Positions 54,928 to 64,000 of a stretch of 64,000 nucleotides of DNA are shown one piece after another. Every line of letters starts with the position of its first letter. Position 1 is the stretch's first letter. The notes beneath the pieces were generated by a model, which saw nothing but the letters and a program-made list of their open reading frames with translations, made no database searches and was not told where the DNA came from. This DNA is from Octopus vulgaris. Lineage: Eukaryota. The position numbers and the translations under genes were made by a program. The stretch spans positions 51,150,001 through 51,214,000 of the forward strand of contig OX597826.1 of the NCBI GenBank assembly GCA_951406725.2. Reading direction: 5' to 3'.

Positions 54928-54934
<7 letters not shown>
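54052..54934 (+). mobile_element. Internally deleted mariner transposon
   Basis: TIRs CATCCCATAAATAATGCGG / CCGCATTATTTATAGGATG in TA context. From ATG 54236: MEVTKENIWHILHYEFNKGNNVSESARNINEVYG; later HQDNVRPH and PYSLDIAPSDYRLF (YSPDL motif). The central region is missing. Confidence 0.9.
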
Positions 54935-54987
<53 letters not shown>

Positions 54988-55230
54988 TCTTTTATTCGCT
55001 TCAGTCACTTGACTGCGGTCATGCTGGAGCATCGCCTTTAATCGAACAGATCAACCATATATATACGACGGGCTTCTTTCAGTTTCCGTCTACCAAAACC
55101 ACTCAAAAGGGTAAGGTCGTCCCGAGGCTATAGTAGAAAACACTTGCCTAAGGTTCCACGCAGTGGGACTGAACACGGAACCATGTGTCTATGTGGCTGG
55201 TAAGGAAGCTACTTACTACACAGCCATTCC
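54988..55230 (-). mobile_element. SINE family A, internally deleted
   Basis: Reverse-complement consensus fragments. Confidence 0.75.
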
Positions 55231-55552
55231 GATATATACAGCCCCCCCCCATATATAAATGTACATACAAACGTTATTTCTCAGACATATATATATTCTA
55301 TGTCTGCAATTCCATTATTGATTTCCACTGATCCAAAAATATGTCTCCTGATTCTACAGATATATTGCAATCAAATTTATGACTATTGATCTGTTACTTA
55401 ATCCTCACAATAAAATTAAGTAAACTTTGTAATTTAGCTTTTAGTAGCAAGTAAAAATTCACAATTCATATTTTCATACATATGTATATCTCTATCTATT
55501 TAGGTATATGTATCTATGCGTGTAAGTGCGCATATATATACTTACACACACA

Positions 55553-55629
<77 letters not shown>

Positions 55630-56266
55630 GTGTATATATGTATATATGTACGTGTATATCTGTCTGTCTGTCTAACTATGTATCTATCTTTCTTTCGTTC
55701 TTTTTTTCTCTCTATCTTTTTATGTATACTTTTGTATGTCCCTCTTCTGCTCCTTCCCATGTGACTTTCCTCGATTTATTTTCGGATATCATATGAATCC
55801 ACCGCCCATCGATACTCCCCACACCTTATGTATATTATATAACCGAGATTTAGCCCACGTCCCCTCCCACTCTCCGTCACTCACTCACTCACTCACTCAC
55901 TCACTCACTCACTCACTCATTTTATCTCTCTACGCCCCAGTCTGTCACAACTTCTATACGGACGACTTCTCAATTCAACTGGTTGGGTTATTGGAACTGC
56001 TATGTATAAGGAACAAGTGAGAGCGTGTGCTATTTAAGGGGAGAGAATCGCTAAGTTTCATTTTGTCTCTTTATGTTCAGAAATCATTATCAAAGAATGA
56101 AAAGAGGGAAAAGCGGATACATTATTTGTATATAAATCTTTCATTAAACTTTCCAGTATTATTATTATAAACACCTCTATAACCAGCTCTTCTCATTTGC
56201 TCCCATCCCAACTCTTAATCCTTTATCATTACCTTCAATGTGTTCTCCACCTACGTCGTGAACTAT

Positions 56267-56482
56267 ACTCTTTTACTTGTTTCAGTCATTTGACTGCGGC
56301 CATGCTGGAGCACCGCCTTTAGTCGAGCAAATCGACCCCGGGACTTATTCTTTGTAAGCCCAGTACTTATTCTATTGGTCTCTTTTGCCGAACCGCTAAA
56401 TGACGGAGACGTAAACACACCAGCATCGGTTGTCAAGCAATGCTAGAGGGACAAACACAGACACACAAACATATACATACAC

Positions 56483-56552
<70 letters not shown>

Positions 56553-56710
56553 GACAGGCTTCTTTCAGTTTCCGTCTACCAAATCCACTCACAAGGCATC
56601 GGTCGGCCCGGGGCTATAGCAGAAGACACTTGCCCAAGATGCCACGCAGTGGGACTGAACCCAGAACCATGTGGTTGGTAGGCAAGCTACTTACCACACA
56701 GCCACTCCTG
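56267..56710 (-). mobile_element. SINE family A, full length
   Basis: Reverse complement of consensus. Confidence 0.9.
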
Positions 56711-56954
56711 GTTGAAGCATTTTAATAAACCATTCTTTATTAGGTTTGATTCCATCTTGAACCTTATGTTCTTTTGACCTTAAACATTTTAATCTCCGCC
56801 CTAACCCTATTAATCTAAACACGTGAATGTTATCCTCCATACTAAGAGTGAAGAAAAAAAAGAATCCTAATATGGACGCTGTACCTTCCTCTAAGACTAG
56901 AATGTTTTTAAACTATAATTTATTCCTTATGATAATCTTCTTTTGAAATAATAT

Positions 56955-57170
56955 TCTTTTCTAATCTAGGCACAAGGCCCGAGATTTTTGGGAAGGGGCC
57001 AGTCGATTGGATCGACCTCAGTTACGCAACTGGTATTTAATTTATCGACCCCCGAAAGGGTGAAAGGCAAAGTCGACCTCGGCGGAATTTGAACTCAGAG
57101 CGTAAAGACAAACGAAATACTGCTAAGCATTTCGCCTGGCGTGCTAACGTTTCTGCCAGCTCGCCGCCTT
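56955..57170 (-). mobile_element. SINE family B monomer
   Basis: Reverse complement of GGCGGCGAGCTGGCAGAAACGTTAGCACGCC...GGGGTCGATAAATTAA. Confidence 0.85.
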
Positions 57171-57338
57171 TTGAAATAGTATTGAAGCTGCGTTTTGTTT
57201 GGATTTCATCTACTAAAATAAATAAATAAATAAATAAATAAAACGCCGATAAATCATGCTCCAGTTTTAAAATAAGTACTGGGTAGATTTCAATGATTGA
57301 AATCCTTCAAGAAGCTGACCATTGAGCGAGAGAAGCGA

Positions 57339-57388
<50 letters not shown>

Positions 57389-57636
57389 CAACAACAACAA
57401 CAATAATAATAGTTATAATAATAATGATAATAATAATAATAACAATAATAATAATAACAACAACAATAATAATAGTTATAATAATAATGATAATAAAAAT
57501 AATAATAATAACAACAACAATGATAATAATAGTTATAATAATAATGATAATAATAATAATAATAATAACAACAACAATGATAATAATAGTTATAATAATA
57601 ATGATAATAATAATAATAATAGTTATAATTATAATG

Positions 57637-57702
<66 letters not shown>
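57339..57702. repeat. (AAT)n tract with a ~57-66-bp higher-order repeat
   Basis: The marker AGTTATAATAATAATGAT recurs about five times. Confidence 0.9.
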
Positions 57703-57704
<2 letters not shown>

Positions 57705-57880
57705 CACTGTGCATTAATGATTTCAGTTTGTGTGCAAGGGTTGTCCTGGAAGTTTGTAGATTTATCTATAATTTCTTTGTCAACGAAACGTGGTTATTGC
57801 TATTTTCCCTGGCATGTCATGGGTGGGGGGCACCACACTTTTGGAAGACCGTTTGCATATTTGTTAGTTTATAACTTTGA

Positions 57881-58078
57881 AGGCGCATGACTTAGCGGAT
57901 AGGGTATTCGGCTCACAATCGTAAGGTCGTGAGTTCGATCCCCGGTTCGTGCGTTGTGTCCTTGAGTAAGAAACTCCGTTTCATGTTGCTCCAGTCCACT
58001 CAGCTGGCAAATATCAGTCGTTTGTTCCGTCGATCGGAACAACTAGAACCCTCGTCGTCGTAACAAACAGAATGCCAG
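57881..58078 (+). mobile_element. SINE family D, internally deleted
   Basis: Head and CCCTCGTCGTCGTAAC tail. Confidence 0.8.
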
Positions 58079-58476
58079 ATAGTTTATAACGTTAAAGAGG
58101 GTCGTTACTTATTGAGTCCCTAAAATCTTGAAGTACCGGTTTATATACTAGACCCACGCTGGTTTTTGTTTCCGGTTGGCTGAAGGGAAATTTCCTTCAA
58201 ATCACGATCTGCTATCTTTAAATGATGTGCCTATGTTGACTATTTTAGTTTTTGATACACTATGTCTTAAGAACCACAAAGATAACGCTTTTGTTTGTGT
58301 CTGTTCAATGACAGTTCATCAGAATCGGTCGGTTAGAAAAGGACGATATTAAAAGAGCGTCTCTGGAAGTGTTGCGGGAAACTGCGAAATGTCAATGGAC
58401 AACAACAGCAGTAACCACAACAGCAACAACAATAACAGCAACGATAAGAAGAAGAACGACAACGACAACAACAACA

Positions 58477-59033
58477 GTGGAAGCGCAATGACCCAGTGGT
58501 TAGGGCAGCGGACTCGCAGTTGTGAGAACGCGGTTTCGATTCCCAGATCGGGTATTGTGAATGTTTATTGAGCAAAAACACTTAAGTTCCACGAAGCTCC
58601 GGCGGCGGGTGGCGGTGAACCCCGCTGTACTCTTTCACCACAACTTTCTCTCACTCTTTCTTCCTACTGCTGCCATAAAGCACAGGAACCATGGTGCAAC
58701 TCACTATGGTGTGGTAAACTTTCAGACCCTGGTCTAGATTGCGAATCCTCTGTTCCCCAGGATGGTTCAGCTCTCCACCCGTTAAAAAGTCACCGTTTAC
58801 GGAATGAGGATAACAACGTAGCTTTCGTGCCCGTGCAACCGCCAGTCTATCGCGTGTGGTGGGTGGATCTTCAAGTTGCCACACACACTCTTAGTAGCTT
58901 AAAGTAGGCTCGAATTAGAGATTATTATTTGTGGCTAATGGCGTGAGTCCTGATTCGAAGAAGAAGAAGAAGAAGAAGAAGAAGAAGAAGAAGAAGAAGA
59001 AGAAGAAGACGAACAAGAAGAAAAAGAAGAAGA
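58477..59033 (+). mobile_element. SINE family C with (GAA)n tail; paralogue of 1016-1552
   Basis: End-to-end alignment with 1016-1552. Confidence 0.85.
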
Positions 59034-59082
59034 CAACAACAACAACAGTAACTACAACAATAGCAAAAATAATAGAAATAAC

Positions 59083-59395
59083 TGGCACTCCGTCGGTTAC
59101 GACGACGAAGGTTCCAGATGATCCGATCAACGTAACAGCTTGCTCGAGAAAATAATGTCCATGTGGTTGAGTACACCACAGACACGAGTAACCCCTAACG
59201 TAGTTTACAGTTAGAATCAGTGTGACGCAGACAAGGCTGGTGTGATGCTGACAAAGGCTGGTCCCTTTGAAATACTAGTACTACGCATTTTTGTACTGTA
59301 GTAACGTGAAATATAGTGTCTCGTAGCCGGGAATCGAACTCACGTCTTAATGATCGAGAGCCGAAGACCTTAACCAATAGGCCGCACGCCTTCAC
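59083..59395 (-). mobile_element. SINE family D, diverged
   Basis: Reverse complement of head and tail (ACTCCGTCGGTTACGACGACG). Confidence 0.75.
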
Positions 59396-59767
59396 AGTAA
59401 CAACAGCAGTGATAACATGATAAGCAAAAATCGTAATAACATTTACAACATTAATAACAATAACAATAAAAGCGGCAGCAACAGTAACGGCAATAGTCAC
59501 ATTAACAATGACAGTAAGAATAATGTAACTACAAATGTAACAGGAATAGCAACAACAACAATATCAACAACCACAACAACGGTTGTTTGTTACATATAGA
59601 GCATTGTGTTATTTTTACCTAAAATGGAGGTAGTTTTTGTTTTTTTTGAAACCTATCGAAACGATACGGTTTAGACGTCATGAATCTGGAAAACGTCTGA
59701 GAACAGAGATTATGTATAAACGTTTCTCTCACTCTCATCCCCTCTCCCTTTCTCTCTGTATGTATGT

Positions 59768-59798
<31 letters not shown>

Positions 59799-59843
59799 TA
59801 TATATACACACACACACACACAATATATATATATATACACGTG

Positions 59844-59874
<31 letters not shown>

Positions 59875-59919
59875 TGAGTACCTTATTTACTGTGGTTAAC
59901 CCCGAATCAACCCGGGACC

Positions 59920-59980
<61 letters not shown>

Positions 59981-60118
59981 ATACGTACATGTATGTATGT
60001 GTGCATGTATGTATCTACTTATCTATATAAATTTATACAAGTAGATGGTCATATATATACGCACATATATAAAAATGGTTGTGCATATGTATATGTGCAA
60101 ATGTATATCCATGTGAGC

Positions 60119-60154
<36 letters not shown>

Positions 60155-60562
60155 TGCATATATACACATTTGTAAGAATATACATAAATCCCATATCACT
60201 TATTGAGTGCCCTTTTCTTTCGCTGATATGTGTGTGTGTGTGTATAGCTATATTTATATGTTTATGTATCTATCTATTTCTCTCTCTCCCTCTCTCCCTC
60301 TCTCCCTCTCCCCCCTCTCTCTCTATCTATCTAATCATTGAAAGAATCAATAATGGTTAGTGAAAAAGAACAAGTGGAAAGATCCATTTTCATTAAGTAA
60401 TGGCTGTAAGAACGTGATGACAGAATTGGTAGAAAGGATCTGTGCTGGCACAAGAGCTTAGGAAATGCAACAGTTATTGATGACAACTACTGTAGAGAGG
60501 ATGATGGCATAATTCTAATAGGAAGCCTGAAACAAAACACGTGCGCGAGCACAACCGAGAGT

Positions 60563-60649
<87 letters not shown>

Positions 60650-60709
60650 ATATATATATGTATGTATACATATATATATATACATATATACATATATACA
60701 TATATATGT

Positions 60710-60770
<61 letters not shown>

Positions 60771-60987
60771 TATATATATGTATACATATTTATGTATGGA
60801 AATATAAATTTCTATATGTATATATACACACACATATACTTATATATATGGACATGTACTTACGGGAGAAAGCAAGGAGTGAAAATGGAAGAGAGAGAGA
60901 GAGGGAGAGAGAGAGAGAAAAAGAAAGAAATAGAGGATAATGAGGAAGAAGAAAGAAGATATAGTTGTCAATGATCAGATTGAGAGG

Positions 60988-61032
<45 letters not shown>

Positions 61033-61399
61033 AGGGCGAGAGACAGAGACAGTAAGAGAGAGAGAGATAGAAAGAGAGAGAGAGAGGAGAGAAGGAGAGT
61101 AAGTGTAGAAGTTTGACTGAAACTGGAAAGGAAAACATCTCTAAGAAAAATAATAGAAGAAATAAACTAAATTTACAAGTACATAGATCAACATTACTCC
61201 CCCAAAACTCCAGCAAAGAAAACCAAAACAGAAACAAAAAATTAAAAAGCAATAACAAAACTAAAACGCAGAACACAAGACACAGACAAACTCTCTCTCA
61301 CACACACACACATACACACACACGCACACATACGCACACGCACTACAAACATGCACGCACTATCTCTCACATACACGCACACAACATATTCTGGAATTT

Positions 61400-61787
61400 C
61401 GCGCTGGGCAAAATGCTTAGCGGTATTTCGTCTGCGTTACGTTGTGAGTTCAAATTCCGCCAAGGTCGACTTTGCCTTTCATCCTTTCGGGGTCGATAAA
61501 TTAAGTACCAGTTACGCACTGGGGTCGATGTAATCGACTTAATACCCATGTCTGTCCTTGTTTGTCCCCTCTGTGTTTAGCCCCTTGTGGGTAATAAAGA
61601 AATAGGTATTTCGTCTGTCGTTACGTTCTGAGTTCAAATTCCGCCGATGTCGACTTTGCCTTTCATCCTTTCGGGGTCGATAAATTAAGTACCAGTTACG
61701 CACTGGGGTTGATGTAATCAACTTAATCCCTTTGTCTTTCCTTGTTTGTCTCCTCTATGTTTAGCCCCTTGTGGGCAGTAAAGAAAT
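61400..61787 (+). mobile_element. SINE family B, tandem dimer
   Basis: Two ~180-bp units matching 3732-4120. Confidence 0.85.
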
Positions 61788-62244
61788 ATATATTAAACTA
61801 ATATTAAAACTACAAAGAGACGAGCGTAAAGAAACAAACTCAGACACACACATACGCGCATACACGTCACTCATTCACATAGACATACATATACACATAC
61901 ACACATATCTCACGTTCGTATACTCTTTCTTTGTGTTTCATACACACACACACAATGTACAATTTTTAAGGAACGGAAAGTAGACTAGTAATTGGGCAGA
62001 ATTGTTATTTTATTTATTTTTTGTTTGCCTTTAGGAATTGGACTGTGGCCATGCTGTGGCACCAGCTACCACATTCTCGGGGTTAAACTGATTATATCGA
62101 AAGCAGTACTTTGTCTTCTTAGCATCGCTAAAAAAGACAAAGACATGGACATAAAAGACACATCCATGACGGAACAGAATACTACAATAATTTATAGTTC
62201 GACGCACCTTTTTCCCCACCTCCCACAGTTACATGCATACATTC

Positions 62245-62842
62245 TTTATTCTTTTATTCCTTTACTTGTTTCAGTCATTTGACTGCGGCCATGCAGGAGC
62301 ACCACATTTATTCGAACAAATGGATCTCAGGACTTAACCTTTGTAAGCCTAGTACTTATTCTATCGGTCTCTTTTGCCGAACTGTTAACATACATACATG
62401 CAGCATGCACATATATACTATTCTTTCTTTCTTTTATTCTTTTACTTGTTTCAGTCATTTGACTGCGGCCATGCTGGAGCACCGCCTTTAGTCGAGCAAA
62501 TCGACCCAGGGACTTATTCTTTGTAAGCCCAGTACTTATTCTATCGGTCTCTTCTGCCGAACCGCTAAGTTACGGGGACGTAAACACACCAGCATCGGTT
62601 GTCATGCAATGCTAGGAGGACAAACACAGACATACACACACACATACACAAACACATATATATGTATACATATATACGACAGGCTTCTTTCAGTTTCCGT
62701 CTACCGAATCCATTCACAAAGCATTGATCGGCCCGGGGCTATAGCAGAAGACACTTGCCCAAGATGCTACGCAGTGGGACTGAACCCGGAACCGTGTGGT
62801 TGGTTAGCAAGCTACTTACCACACAGCCACTCCTGCGCATAT
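62245..62842 (-). mobile_element. SINE family A: a 3' fragment plus a full copy
   Basis: Reverse-complement consensus at 62245-62385 and 62430-62842. Confidence 0.85.
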
Positions 62843-62928
62843 ACTACATTTTCCCACACACTTCGCGTCTACTAATGCTGCTCGATGCTATGTGATGTGA
62901 CATTTTACCCAAGCTGCCATGATAAAAG

Positions 62929-63512
62929 AAATTAAGTAAGAAACCCATAAAAGTAATTATAATGCCGAAATAATCAAAAACAGTCACACCAAAAATTTCA
63001 CTTATTAAAAAATGGATTGTACTATGAGAACGGAGAGAAATTAGAGTAGTTGGGAATACACACTGGCTATCTGTTTAAAGGTACACAAAGCTATGGAACG
63101 TTCACACAGTTTGCATATCCAGTCTCGAACATCATCTTGTCATCCCATCTTGTCCTGAATATCGATCTACTGAAGCTGTTCAGGGACGCGCAACATGGCA
63201 ATACTCTCCGTTATTCATCATACCTTGAACGTATTTCTTTTTGGGACATCGACATACTAAAATTCTTACGCTTGGGCGCTCACTTGGTAGAAGCCAACAA
63301 GATTGTCTACTATCTTTCAAACAATAATTTTGACTACCTTTTCGAATTCAATACCTCTACCACTTTTGGACAATATTATATATATATATATATATATATA
63401 AACAAATTAAGTAAGAAACCCATAAAAGTAATTATAATGCCGAAATAATCAAAAACAGTCACAACAAAAATTTCACTTATTAAAAAATGGATTGCACTAT
63501 GAGAACGGAGAG
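62929..63512. repeat. 109-bp direct repeat (62929-63037 and 63404-63512)
   Basis: Two mismatches seen; the second copy starts just after a (TA)n tract. Confidence 0.9.
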
Positions 63513-63693
63513 GTTTTTGTTTTCCTCTGTCTTCTCTTCTCTGGATCTTTCCTTCTCCTATGTTTCCGACGAAGAGCTCTGCTCGAAACGTTAAACCCTC
63601 CTTCTTTCCTTCTTTCCTGAGCGTCCAATAATACAATATTCGTTCCACGTCCTCGCGTTGTTGTGTTTTTTGTGCTTTCATGTTTGGATTAAC

Positions 63694-63697
<4 letters not shown>
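63513..63697 (+). mobile_element. Penelope-like 3'/pLTR fragment with a minimal hammerhead variant (63562-63596), ending in (TA)n
   Basis: GTTT-CCGACGA-A-GAGC(TCT)GCTC-GAA-ACGT-T-AAAC. Homologous to 27625-27840(-). Confidence 0.7.
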
Positions 63698-63745
<48 letters not shown>

Positions 63746-64000
63746 CCAGTGTAGCACCCATTACATTCGGATTTTTTTTTCACCCTCAGAATTGTCAATG
63801 TATGGAATAAATCTCACGTAAAAGCTGTTGACTATCAGGAAACTACATCCTTCAGAAATTCCTTGCTTCCTGAAATTTGCTAACACTATTGATGTGCTTA
63901 TGGATACTTTCCTCCTTAAGACTCTTTTACCGTTCACTTTTCTGTCTTGTGTTTTATTCTGTTTTACTCTGCACGTACTTTTTGGCCACATGACTTCACT

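Noticed and set aside
60500-60545. GGATGA-TGGC...GCC-TGAAAC resembling the 8633 hammerhead
   Set aside because: The first core bases and stems I and III are missing; at most a remnant.
63050-63448. 132-aa ORF
   Set aside because: Non-ATG start, reads through a TA tract and shows no recognisable domain.

Overview
AT-rich, repeat-saturated eukaryotic DNA, probably a long intron or intergenic region of an octopus or other coleoid cephalopod; this is inferred from the tRNA-derived SINE families and the microsatellite load. No intact cellular gene is recognisable. Almost all ORFs in the track are microsatellite or SINE artefacts, and the best host-gene signal is one 40-nt candidate exon (30595-30634). 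The window holds four SINE families, two Tx1/L1-like LINE fragments, an R4/Dong-like LINE 3' end, mariner, maT-like and pogo/Tigger transposase remnants, hAT-Charlie MITEs and a foldback element. Two things stand out. First, many short modules sit in or against (TA)n tracts; they carry type I hammerhead ribozyme motifs (about 5 intact or near-intact, about 6 decayed) and/or inverted duplications of 22-139 bp. Decayed Penelope-like RT and GIY-YIG remnants lie nearby, two directly upstream of hammerhead-like folds. This suggests a TA-microsatellite-targeted Penelope/retrozyme-like system, including a ~476-bp terminally redundant unit at 7.1-7.8 kb. Second, a complete 2.16-kb retroposon with a 9-bp target-site duplication encodes only a gag-like ORF1 (HAL1-like) and interrupts a SINE at 48009-50164. 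All alignments and folds were done by eye.
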